A stretch of 47,724 nucleotides of DNA, filler included, from Stramenopiles sp. TOSAG23-2 (lineage: Eukaryota): assembly GCA_900128395.1 (NCBI GenBank). It is 2 parts of 2 records of this genome, joined end to end, with 100 filler letters (N's around TTAATTAATTAA, not from the genome) between each part and the next. Parts side by side here need not be neighbours in the genome. Positions count along the whole stretch, not along the records: positions 1 to 23,834 come from LT649480.1; 1 more part is not named here. One strand, given 5' to 3'. The translations under genes and the position numbers were made by a program. Of this stretch, positions 1-10,929 are shown piece by piece. The notes under the pieces were generated by a model that did no database searches, was not told the DNA's origin, and worked only from the letters and a program-made list of their open reading frames with translations. The first letter of the stretch is position 1, and each line of letters begins with the position of its first letter.

Positions 1-91
1 GGAATCATACAAAATGTAAAGGAAAAAACTGTTGATGATTTATATAGGGAAGCAGTGGAATTTTTTGGCAATATGCGATCATTCAATAAAA

Positions 92-2716
92 ATGTCTACG
101 CGGCGGCATAGAAATTCAGAGAAAGCTAATGAATGGGCGAAAAAACGTGCAGAAGCTGTAAAGTTAGCAAAACAACGCAGAGCTGAACGTAAACGTGGAC
201 AAGTTAATGAAGAACATACGTTTAAACCGCAGCAAATTTCAAAACCACCAAGCAGAGAAAGCGGTAATGGTGGTGGTTTCCAAAACCATGGACACCCAGG
301 TGTTTATGATCGAAATGGACGAGATGTTTATTACGATAGACAAAATAAATCTTATCCTATTCCACAAAATTTACAAACACAAAATGGCAATTTTAACAAT
401 AATAATTTTGCACCTCCACAGCAACAACAACGGCAATTTAACGGCCAGCAACAACAACATTTTGACCAGTTTGGTGGAGGGGCACAACAACAACAACAAC
501 CATATGGTATGCAACAAGACATTTATCAAAAACCAAAAATGTCAGAATTAGATCAATTACATATGGCTGGTGATTCTAAATTTGGTAGGCCAAGGGGATA
601 CGTTCCACCGGTCCAACAGCAACAACAAGGTAATAAGTATCAAAACAGTAATATGAACTATGGTGGTGGTTACAATAATAACAACAACAATAATAATAAT
701 AGTAGGAGTAGTAATGGTAGCAATAATGTAGAAGACGAGCTTGACCGTTTTTATGCTGGGCAATTTGAAAACATGAAAGCACAGCAACAAAATTCAATGC
801 AACAAAGACCAAGGCCATCATTACAAACAAATAACCTTGAAAATAACACATCACGTTATGGTCAAGTAATGTCACCAAATTCAGATTCATTAGTACACGA
901 AGCTAGACGTGTATATAATAACCCAAGTATTGGACGAGGTGGTGAAAATGATTTTTTGCAAAAAAGTAGGCAGCAGCAACAACAGCAGCAGCAACAACAA
1001 CAACAACAACAATTTAATAGTCAATATGAGGAAGAAAACGTGCCGCCAATGTCGAAAAGTCAAAAACATCAACAAGAAGCGGATAATAATTTTCAAAGTT
1101 GGTTACGTAGTGATGATGATGGTAAAAGTAAAAGTATCAACAGATCGGGGTGGAATAGTGATTTTACCGATGCAAGTAGCTTAGGGCGTTATGAAGAACC
1201 TGAACCTGTTAAACAGAAACCAGTTAGAAGAAAGAAAAAGCCTGTGCAAAAGAAAAAACCACAATGGAATAATGATTGGGCAGGTGTGGAAAGCAATAGC
1301 AATAATGATAATTCATATGGTAACAATAATACGAATAATAATGGAATCCAAAGACAGCAACAACAGCAACAGCAAAGACGGCAACAACCAATGCAACAAC
1401 AACAACAACAACGCCAGCCACAAAGAGGTACATATCGTACAATGATTAATGCTAGCGATATTACTGGTGATCAGGCGCAAGGAAGCATGACACCACCACA
1501 AGTTTCATCGCGCTTGAGATTGTTGAAAAAGAAAGTAAAACGTAAAGAGAGTTTTACAAGCGATTATGATGATTATAGTGATGGAAACAATGACAATATA
1601 TACAACAATAATGATAATTATCAACAGCAGCAACAACAACAACAAAGTAATAGTCTTCCGGCAAGACGATCAAATCGCCAAGTTCATCAACAAGGTTGGG
1701 GTGCAAATACTGGGCGAAGCAATGGTAATAATGTCAATTATGGCGCAGATAATGATGATCCATTTGGCCAAAGCAAAGTAACTAATAACAAATCATTATC
1801 GTATCATGATATTGACAATCAACCATTAGGTGGTGGCGGAGGTGGTGGATACAATTCGAGATTTGATGATTTAGATGATGGAGGATTTGTACAGGAACAA
1901 CAGCCACCTCCACAAAGACAGAAGCAACAGCCGCCACGAAGACAAACGCGGCAACAGCAGCAACATCAACAACCGCGCCGTAATGCACCAAGGTACAATG
2001 ATTATAATGATAGCAATGACCAATATGGTGGCAATGGTAATAGTCAGTACGGTAATAATAGCTACAATCAACAACAACAGCAACTACCACGTGAACAGCC
2101 TATATGCAAGCCAGCTCTAAGACAAAATGCAAATAGTGAGCAACCACCTGAATTTGCTGCACCAGTACAATTATTTGCATGCCGACATTGTGGTCGTAAA
2201 TTTAACGAAAAAGCTCATGCAAAGCATGAACCAAATTGCCAAAAAGTAAAAAAAAAGAGAAAACCAATGGACATGACTGCTAGGAGACTAGAAGAAGCAG
2301 CTGCTCAAAGTGGAAATGCACGGGAAGCTATTAGAAATGCTAAACGTGCAGTTCAAGGTGGGGCGAAAAATACTAAAAAATCGAGACGTCCAGGTGGTAG
2401 GGATCGTCCAATTAAAGGTGGTAAAAAAGCAGGAAAATGGAAAGCGCAATCAAATGCATTGCGTCAAGCAATGAAACAAAGCAGAATGGTTACAAAGTAT
2501 CAAAAAGAAGGAAGATTGGATGAATTACCCCCAATGGAAAGCACGGGGCCTGATCCATCATTTGTACCTTGTCCACATTGTGGACGTACTTTTAATGAAA
2601 AAGCAGCAGAAAGGCATATACCAAGATGTAAGGATATAAAGGCAAAGCCATCATTTTTGAAACGCGGAGTTGGTAAAAGTTCAGCATCTACACGAAGAGG
2701 GAAGAAGAGGTATTAA
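92..2716 (+). CDS. C2HC-type zinc-finger protein (ZC2HC1/FAM164-like) with long Q/N-rich disordered region
   Basis: Two C-x2-C-G-R-x-F-x6-K/R-H-x3-C fingers near the C-terminus (CRHCGRKFNEKAHAKHEPNC, CPHCGRTFNEKAAERHIPRC), separated by a basic segment containing GKWKAQSNALRQAM. Start placed at ATG 92 (MSTRRHR) rather than the TTG at 32. Confidence 0.8.
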   Translation: MSTRRHRNSEKANEWAKKRAEAVKLAKQRRAERKRGQVNEEHTFKPQQISKPPSRESGNGGGFQNHGHPGVYDRNGRDVYYDRQNKSYPIPQNLQTQNGNFNNNNFAPPQQQQRQFNGQQQQHFDQFGGGAQQQQQPYGMQQDIYQKPKMSELDQLHMAGDSKFGRPRGYVPPVQQQQQGNKYQNSNMNYGGGYNNNNNNNNNSRSSNGSNNVEDELDRFYAGQFENMKAQQQNSMQQRPRPSLQTNNLENNTSRYGQVMSPNSDSLVHEARRVYNNPSIGRGGENDFLQKSRQQQQQQQQQQQQQQFNSQYEEENVPPMSKSQKHQQEADNNFQSWLRSDDDGKSKSINRSGWNSDFTDASSLGRYEEPEPVKQKPVRRKKKPVQKKKPQWNNDWAGVESNSNNDNSYGNNNTNNNGIQRQQQQQQQRRQQPMQQQQQQRQPQRGTYRTMINASDITGDQAQGSMTPPQVSSRLRLLKKKVKRKESFTSDYDDYSDGNNDNIYNNNDNYQQQQQQQQSNSLPARRSNRQVHQQGWGANTGRSNGNNVNYGADNDDPFGQSKVTNNKSLSYHDIDNQPLGGGGGGGYNSRFDDLDDGGFVQEQQPPPQRQKQQPPRRQTRQQQQHQQPRRNAPRYNDYNDSNDQYGGNGNSQYGNNSYNQQQQQLPREQPICKPALRQNANSEQPPEFAAPVQLFACRHCGRKFNEKAHAKHEPNCQKVKKKRKPMDMTARRLEEAAAQSGNAREAIRNAKRAVQGGAKNTKKSRRPGGRDRPIKGGKKAGKWKAQSNALRQAMKQSRMVTKYQKEGRLDELPPMESTGPDPSFVPCPHCGRTFNEKAAERHIPRCKDIKAKPSFLKRGVGKSSASTRRGKKRY

Positions 2717-2909
2717 AAATCTGTATATGATATACGATGTATAATCTTTTTGTTTATATTTAAAAAAAAAATACGCACCATGTGGTGCACACACCATCAC
2801 ACTTTTTAAAATTACACAAACGTACGAGTACATATATGCAATACAACGTATGATACTACGCTTCTTCGCCCTCCATCTCATACGTATTATATCTCTTGCA
2901 CGACGCATG

Positions 2910-3457
2910 TCAACAGTTCTCACGAAGGGTATTACCGTTTACATCCTTGCATAAATTATGAGAGATGCACACCTGAAAACGCCAGATTTTTAATAGTCAT
3001 CAAATATACATACAGACATCCAATTGTCTAACGCTTTTGCACATTCGCCTTTTCCTTGTACGACAGGTGTTTCTGGATAACTTGAAAGCATTTGCCGCCG
3101 TCTCTCGTTTCCTTTTAAAAATTTATGTCTATTTACATTGTTATTATTGATGATGTTCTTTTTATACTCAAATAAATAATTTGCCAATTCTTCTGCCATT
3201 CTATTCTTTTCCGCGTTTAAACGTGCATAATCATGATTTTCAACGTGCAAGCCGCTGGATACGCGTGCTTGTATTTCTATAAATGATATGGGTTCTTTTA
3301 ATATAGCGTCGTTGCTATTTACATTGTTATTGTTGTTATTATTATTGTTATTGTTAGGAAGATGTCCCGTTGTTGCACTAAATGAAAGTTGGACACAAAG
3401 AAGACATATTATTACGAAGATAAATTTATAGGTAGCATCATAGTTTAAGAAATTCAT
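2910..3457 (-). CDS. Small secreted protein, probably 2 exons (3457-3014, 2972-2910; ~168 aa) with a Cys-rich C-terminus
   Basis: Hydrophobic signal-like segment FIFVIICLLCVQLSFSA, a poly-Asn tract and an SFIE motif. A GTATGT...TTTTCAG intron (2973-3013) extends the frame to ...CAKALDNWMSVCISHNLCKDVNGNTLRENC*. The unspliced form would end at 2990. Confidence 0.65.
2973..3013 (-). other. Predicted 41-nt spliceosomal intron
   Basis: GTATGT donor and TTTTCAG acceptor; contains the in-frame TAA; removal gives a 4-Cys C-terminus. No clear CTAAC branch site. Confidence 0.55.
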
Positions 3458-4141
3458 TTTGTTATTGAGTTGTATATGATTAGATATACTTGTAGGGTGT
3501 TATTTGGGTTTTGTTGTATATTATGGATCTCTCTCTCTCTAAATGTATATGTAAAATTATAAATAATTATAATAATTATTAGCATTAGTTCGATGATAAT
3601 AATAATAAATTAAAAAAATAATGTTATTATTATTATTACAGTATTAGGTATTATCATTTTCGTAGTCCAGTAGTGTGTAGTATAATATTAAATATTAAAT
3701 AGTAACAATTTGACCATTATTATATACCACGTGAATATCAAATGGAAAGAGACGGGGAAATGCTAAGCTGGTAAGAAAAAAGAGAGGAGCAAAATTCGAG
3801 GAGGGACGATAAAAAATGCTGTGGATTTTGACCCTACATGATAGTAAATTTTTAAGTATGTAAATTTGTATTCTAATAAAAGAAACCGAAAAAGCCATGG
3901 GCTATCGACAACATATATATATCTATATATATGAATTAAAACACATCATTATTATATATATACATTTTATACATATATTTGTTAAAACAATATATAAATT
4001 CCATACATAATAAAACAAAATAATCTAAGCAAGCCATTCATTAATTTACTAAAATACACAGCACATATACAAAGAGCCCTACTACACATACCCGCGTGTC
4101 ACATAAAACACATATATTATACTCGTATATATTCACATAAA

Positions 4142-4414
4142 ATGGGTTTATGTGCTACGAAGAAAAAATATCTGGATGATGAACATGATGGAGAAGAGAG
4201 GGAAGGAATTGATGAAGAAGCATTACGCGAATCTATATCACATATAGATGAATTCTCCCATGTTTTATATGCAAACGAAGAAGATATGTTAAAGTGTTTT
4301 GATTTTCAAAATGCAAAAATATTATCCAGTGGTGAAAAAACAGATGTTTATTACGTAAAATATCAAAACTTTCATGATCATTTTGTCTGTAAACTAATTC
4401 TGAAGAAAGATTGA
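4142..4414 (+). pseudogene. Truncated protein-kinase-like gene start with an N-terminal acylation motif
   Basis: MGLC N-terminus (myristoylation/palmitoylation-like). ILSSGEKTDVYYVK...FVCKLILKK resembles a degenerate Gly-rich loop plus the VAIK lysine. The frame stops at TGA 4412 and I see no downstream HRD/DFG exons before the next gene. Confidence 0.45.
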
Positions 4415-4987
4415 AACGTGGAATACCATATAATCCAGATAAAGTTTATGGTGATGAATGGATAAATTGGTATGATTTACTTGATAAACCACAACCACAA
4501 TGTAGAAAGTAAAATATAACTAATAATATATATACCTATTGAATGCGTATCTCTTCTTTCGTTACAATGTACTTTACTCAAACCCTTCAACCAGTTTCAC
4601 AAACAACTTTCAACTTCAAAAACAAAAAACAAAAACTCCTTTCAATGTTGTCGCAGCTGATGATCGCAGCAGATTATTATATGTAAAAACCTTAAAATAC
4701 ATCACCCACAAAATCTGAAATCTCATCGTCGTCGTCGTCTTTCATCCACAGAAAAACAACAGAAAAGCAAAACACAAAACAATCGTTCGATTGTAAAAAA
4801 TCTATTATTATATATTAATAATAACAGGCACACACCATGGAGAATCAATAAAATTGCGCCTTCTATAAAAAATAAATTGAATGAATGCCCCATCACAATA
4901 AATAAACATAAAGATATCTGAATAAATGAATAGAAAAAGAAAAAAGTACAAAAGCAAAGAACTATAAAAAAAAAACGAACCAAAACA

Positions 4988-7039
4988 ATGGCATCCGATG
5001 CATTCATATCGGAGGCAGATGACCTGATGGAAAAATTGAACAACATGACAGATGATGCAGCAAAAGATTTTGAAGAAGATGATAATAATGATGAAAATGA
5101 TAATAATTCTGCACTCAACGTAAATTGGGCAGATGCTGCAACTTCGGATGAGGATGAAGAGGAGGAAGAAGAAGGCGAAGAAGAAGATAATAGTAACGGT
5201 AGGAATATATTAGATCAACTTATGAATAATAATAATGATGATAACGAAACCAACGATAAGAACAATAATAACAACAACAACAACAATATAAACAACGATT
5301 CAACAAATGAACAACCGGAAAAAGAAATGATCAGTGCAGAAGACCTGGAAAAATTGTTAATGGAAACAATGAATAGCAAACCAAAAGCAAATGTTGGGAA
5401 AATATCCAAAGTTGAAAATGTTGCTGATATACCCGTAGTGCCATTTAAAAAGCGATTTGTACCAACACGGGCGCCAAAAACCGTTATTGGGCAATACCAA
5501 GAGCCATTAATGGCGCGTCCATCATCAGATATTAAAGGATATAAAAAAAAATATCGAAGAATTCAACGCAATACGGCTGGAAAAGGTAAAAAGAAAGGTG
5601 GCCGTAAGTATGTAAACGAAGATAATAATAATAATCGTGGTGGTAGTCCGACACGATTTGGAAAATTTAAAGTAGATAGTGCAGACCCAACAGCAGTTTC
5701 TGGAGATAAATTTGATGAAAACGTTGGTGGATATGTCTCTGATGGTGAAACTGGGGAGCCTACATTATTTGTAAACACATTCAAGGATATGGATGATGAT
5801 GAAGCGATGAGATTATGGCAACGTAAAATATCTAAATCAGAAAGATTGAGACGTGAAGAGCGTAATATGGCAAATAATTTAAAAAAACTTGGTATCCAAT
5901 ACCATAAAAGTGATTTAAAACATGAATCACCAATTAATGCAGATGGAAATAAGTCACCAGGACGGGGTGGTGAAAATTTTAGCAAAAAACGTAGCCCAAT
6001 ATATAAAAACAATAATAAGGCAAATAATACAACAGGAGCAACTGCTGCTAATGGATGGTATGGTAATAATACATTTGTAACTAGAATGTTACGATATTTC
6101 CTTCCGATATTTATATTTACAATGATTGTTTTTTGGTATAATAATGGATCGCCAATAAAAACACATGTTGATAATATAATAGATGATGATAAAGAAATGA
6201 TAAATAATGTACAATTGAATTTTTTCCATCCATTACCAATTGGAACCATAGGTATGACACAGCAACCAACTATTATTGCTGTTGATTTACTTGGTTATAA
6301 TAATTTTTTATCCAAATTTATTGATGATGATAACGATAATGCTAAGATTCCAAAAGGAAAATTCACCGTGTGGATAAATGGCAATGAAACTGCTACTGAA
6401 ATGGTAGCTTTACCTATGTTAGATGAGAAAAGACAGGAAGTTTATCGTTGGAGAGCAGCTGTTAGTCAAATTTTGCCAGAAAAGAAGCATTTAGTTCGTG
6501 TTGTTTATGAAATAAATGGTGTAACATTTAGTAATGCAACGACATTTACCGTCGTGCCAGATCCTCCAAATGCAAAGGTATCCATTATAACACCTGCAAA
6601 AGGGCAAGTATTAGCTGTGCATGGAAGCGAAACAACAACAGTTCAATGGAGAACGGATGACTTTATTGTACCGCGCGATGGTTATTTTCAAATAATATTA
6701 AATGATAATGAGCCGAAAGTAGTAGATTACGAGGCAACAATGGCTGCAGAGTTGGATCAATTGACCCCAGGTAAACATAAAGTTGTAATTGCATTATTAA
6801 GTCGTTTTAATGAAAATAAAATATTACACCAAGATGAAGTGGTATTTACTGTAGTTGAAAAAAAATCAGCTACTTCGACTCCACTTGGTGAACTTGAATT
6901 GTTAAAAGGCATGTCAACAAATGATCTAGAATTTTTATTGGAAGATAAAGAAAGTCAATTGAATAGTTTAAGACGAGAAATTATTGAAAAAATATTAGAT
7001 GAACGCTGGAAAGCGGAAGTGAGAGGCGGTAGTTTGTAA
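4988..7039 (+). CDS. Uncharacterised type II single-pass membrane protein with C-terminal beta-sandwich (Ig-like) region
   Basis: 683-aa ORF with an acidic/Asn-rich N-half, one TM helix (RYFLPIFIFTMIVFWY) preceded by basic residues, then two beta-rich units (KFTVWING...KHLVRVVYE; KVSIITPAKGQVL...YFQIILND...LTPGKHKVVIALL). Confidence 0.75.
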   Translation: MASDAFISEADDLMEKLNNMTDDAAKDFEEDDNNDENDNNSALNVNWADAATSDEDEEEEEEGEEEDNSNGRNILDQLMNNNNDDNETNDKNNNNNNNNNINNDSTNEQPEKEMISAEDLEKLLMETMNSKPKANVGKISKVENVADIPVVPFKKRFVPTRAPKTVIGQYQEPLMARPSSDIKGYKKKYRRIQRNTAGKGKKKGGRKYVNEDNNNNRGGSPTRFGKFKVDSADPTAVSGDKFDENVGGYVSDGETGEPTLFVNTFKDMDDDEAMRLWQRKISKSERLRREERNMANNLKKLGIQYHKSDLKHESPINADGNKSPGRGGENFSKKRSPIYKNNNKANNTTGATAANGWYGNNTFVTRMLRYFLPIFIFTMIVFWYNNGSPIKTHVDNIIDDDKEMINNVQLNFFHPLPIGTIGMTQQPTIIAVDLLGYNNFLSKFIDDDNDNAKIPKGKFTVWINGNETATEMVALPMLDEKRQEVYRWRAAVSQILPEKKHLVRVVYEINGVTFSNATTFTVVPDPPNAKVSIITPAKGQVLAVHGSETTTVQWRTDDFIVPRDGYFQIILNDNEPKVVDYEATMAAELDQLTPGKHKVVIALLSRFNENKILHQDEVVFTVVEKKSATSTPLGELELLKGMSTNDLEFLLEDKESQLNSLRREIIEKILDERWKAEVRGGSL

Positions 7040-7226
7040 AAAATAAATTTTAATAAATTTTGTGCTGGAATAAACAAAATGCTTCGGGGGTTGTGTGTGT
7101 GTTATATACTCGTACGTCGTACGTATATATACTCGTATACATAGAAAAGTAAAAAAAGTGTGTTTTTTTTAAAAAAATCTTCTTGACCCTTAGTTCAATC
7201 CACCTCTCTCCTCTCTCACATCTCTC

Positions 7227-10200
7227 TCACCCAAATCTCCTACTAGCATTCACCTGCCTTGCTAATATTCTAACAATCAATTTATTAAAGAACTGGATTT
7301 CATCTGAGTTGACCGATTCCAATTCATTTAATTTTTCACGTGTAATGTACCATAAGGATGTATCATTTTTATATGCCGATGATTGCATTGTACGATTTTG
7401 ATTTAGAAAAAAGTCACTTTCACCAAAAACAACTATATATAAATATAAATATAAATATATTATCAAATTAGTGTTAGAAAAAGTAATAAAAACAAATAGA
7501 AGAATCAGTGTATATTTTATTATTACTTACATCCTTGACGGACAATTAATTCAGAATCATCCTCATTATCATCATCGTTATCACTCAATACTATTGATTC
7601 ATTTGCAACAGTCGGTGGAGCATAATCTTTCAAGATAACAGCACCAGTTCGAACAATGTATATTGAATTTGATTTCTCATTTGAATTATAAATCATTTCA
7701 CCTTTTTTGTAAAAGCGAGTTGATTCAAACCAAGATTCAATTGTTAACAATTTTGTTGCAATTTTATCTGTCATATCTTTTTGTCTCCAACTCATTCGAA
7801 ATAATGCTTGAAATAACTTTCCACCATGTTTGTTTTCTTTAACAATTTTCTCAAAATTGGCACGACTCTTTCGTACTGGTTTATTCTCTTTCTCATCCTT
7901 TTCTCCATTATCATCATCGTTTTGGTTATCATCCATACTTATGGTTAGAGTAGGTAATTTCGATACGTTTTGTGATTGGTCACTAACAACTTCTTCTGCA
8001 TATCGTATAGCACTTTGTAAGCTAATAAATTTCTTTGGTTTCCATTTTTCTAAATCATTCGCCTTTAACAAATAACTGATATCTGTAGAGCATCCAGAAC
8101 ATAAAATTGTTATATCATGACGTTCACATAATTGATCAATGATGATAAAACATGATCTTACGGAAGTCACATCAATTCCTGTAACACGTTTAAAATCTAA
8201 TATTAGAATTTTTGTTGGCAAAAAATTGATATCAACATTTTGGTTTGAATAATAATTTCTAGTACTTGTACCTATGTTGTTGTTGTTGTTATAATTATTA
8301 TTGCTGCTACTATTATTTTTAACATCTTTTTTCTTCTCTAAATCATATAGAGAAATTAAGTTACTACTACGTTTTTTCATATATTTTTTCTTGTTATTAT
8401 TACTAGTAGTGCGATCATTAGAATGCAATGGTACGTAATTGAAACTATTTGATAATCTCGAGCGATCCCTGCTATCACTATTCGAACGATCTTTTTTCAT
8501 GTTTTTGTTTAATCCATACGATTTTCTCTCACTGTTTGCACTTTGTTTTCTATATGGTGGTGGCGAACGACCAAATGAAGGAGAAAATAATACATCGTCA
8601 TTTAAAAGATATCCAACTGCAAAATTATTGTTATTATCTATCGACTCATCCTTATCTTCAATATAAATACTTTGCTTCACTTTATTAACAATGGCAAGTG
8701 CAGAACCGAAGAAAATATATCCATGCAATTTTAATGTTGTTATTTCACGATGACTTTGTAATGTCCTTAGTCTATCCATATCATGTGTTAAGAAATTACT
8801 CGTTCGTTGATGTTTTGATACGACAAATTTACTTGTACTTGAATATGCATAAACAAAATTAGCAATCGCGAAACAAACACCTACGCCCATACCATTTATT
8901 AGTGGCATCAAATTAATTGCAACAAAAGTACCAAGTAATACTAAATATTCACGTAAAAGTAATTTCTTATATGCTAAAATAAGCCATTCAATCATCAAAT
9001 CAAATGCAATAAATATTAAAGTTGCACCAAAAAAATATCTTGGAACATATTCCATAATTGATATAGGCAAGCAAAATAATAAGATTTCACTGAAAAAAAC
9101 TACTAAACCAACGAGACGTGAGTTGGTATTTGTTCTATATGTAAATATCGTTTGTGAAAATATGTAAGAACCGGTAAATCCGCCAAAGATACCAGATATA
9201 AAGTTAGAAAAACCTATCATGGAAAGTTCATGATTAATTAACAATTGTTTACCCATATCCATTTCAATCGCAGTAACATCTAACGAGGAACTAAAAGCAA
9301 CAACGAATGTCATCGCTACCCATTGTGGAACAATGATTTGTAATGCCGACCAATGAACTTTGTGAAATTGAAACAATTCAAAAGGTGCGTAAAACATTTC
9401 TGCATTGCTTTTACCACTATTTTTACTCGGATCTACCCATCCTTTTGAAGCAGCATCACTGATAGATGTATTAGTACAGAATAAAACAACATAAAATGCA
9501 CCGGCTAATACAACAATTGCAAGTGGAAGCGCACCAACATTTTTTTTCAATTTCTGCGATACTACAAGTAAAGCTGCGCCTCCAATAAGCCCGGGTAAAC
9601 ATAATATTAATTTGCTAGAAGAAACAAATAATGTTGAATATGTAGAATAATCAATTTGAATTCGTCCAGAAAATACTAAATTGGAACATAAATTTAAACC
9701 TGCAATGAAACAAAAATATCCAATAAAAGCTAAATACCCGCCAACCACAGGAGCTGGTAAATACGATACAAAACTTCCTAATTTAAATTTACCAATAACA
9801 ACTAATGATAATCCTAATGTTGCTGTAGATATAGCAGTTCCTACAAGAACAGTTGCTAATATTTCATGATCATCCCAATTTTCACGTTTTCCTTCTTGTG
9901 CAATTAAAGTTGCCATCGCTGATAAAAAAATTAAGCCAGCATCTTGTACTTGGCCAATTGCAAATGGTAAACTAGATAAAAGAGTGAAAACTAATTGATG
10001 AATTGCAGATGATAATAAAACCAGTTTTGATAAATCATTCCGATATGGTAAATACACTTCATCGCTGAATATAATTGCACAATATCCATACATACATGGA
10101 ACTGTTAATATGGCATTAATTAATCCATATACCAACGATAATAAAACACCACCTTGTCCACTTTTATCTGTTGAATTATTTTTATGTTCATCTTCATATC

Positions 10201-10360
10201 CAACATTACTTTTATTAATATTTTTTCGTTTATTTATAAAAGTTGAATGTTTCTTTTTATTATCAATATTAATTTCATAATCATCTAAACTTAATAAATT
10301 ATTTTCCTCCACATCGGTTTGGTAGATTAATCGTGTTCGTGAGGAGGGCGATGTCGTCAT
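7227..10360 (-). CDS. SulP/SLC26-family transporter with STAS and cyclic-nucleotide-binding domains (yeast Vsb1-like architecture); 2 exons (10360-7531, 7432-7227), ~1011 aa
   Basis: Multi-TM core with SSLPFAIGQVQDAG, LGSFVSYLPAPVVGGYLAFIG and NHELSMIGFSNFISGIFGG. STAS motifs LHGYIFFGSA and LDFKRVTGIDVTS. cNMP domain YKKGEMIY...IYIVRTGAV, continuing after splicing as RQGFVFGESDFF. Confidence 0.9.
7433..7530 (-). other. Predicted 98-nt spliceosomal intron in the SulP gene
   Basis: GTAAGT donor, TTCTAAC branch-like site, TATAG acceptor; removal restores the cNMP-domain G-x-x-F-G-E motif in frame. Confidence 0.9.
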
Positions 10361-10929
10361 AATTTCTATAATGTTCTATTGTTTTACTATATATTGTTCT
10401 CTCTACAATGGTTATATAAATTATTTTCAAAATCTCACTCTATATATATGTCTTTCTATTTTTTGAATCTTCCTTTTATTGAATTTATATAAAGAGGTAA
10501 AAAGCAAAATTCGTCACCAGAATTTTATAATAAAAAAAAATCATCATCCGAGAAGGATGATGATTAGTGCATTCCAGGCATTATATTCCGAGCCTAAATA
10601 TGACACGGACACGGGAGCAATATATTTGAGGGATGTGGACGGCAAAGAATATATTATAGGCACTTACTGTAATATTAAGTACAATAATATTGTATACTGA
10701 GGATGTGTGTAGGTGGGAAATCCACACAAAATGGCCAAAAAATTTATTTTAAAATATTTGAAAATGGTTTTCCTAATATAGCATGTAAATAGCACCTAAC
10801 TGTACTAACAGCAATAATATATACATCATATATATATATCAACAATAAATCTCCTCTCCCTCCATAGCGAAGAGAGATACATATACAAACCATAACAACA
10901 ACAACAACAGAAACTAATCATCGATAACC

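Noticed and set aside
195..2120. Many short overlapping or antisense ORFs in the track (here and within DNA2, SulP and the cyclase gene)
   Set aside because: They are shadows of low-complexity CAA/AAT codon runs and of strong codon bias in the real genes.
4412..4414. Selenocysteine or readthrough at the TGA of the kinase-like ORF
   Set aside because: The in-frame continuation is short, not kinase-like and hits TAA within ~17 codons; no SECIS element recognised.
10479..10700. 73-aa ORF between SulP and DNA2
   Set aside because: It lies in a short divergent promoter region, starts at TTG and has no recognisable motif. I cannot exclude a gene relic.
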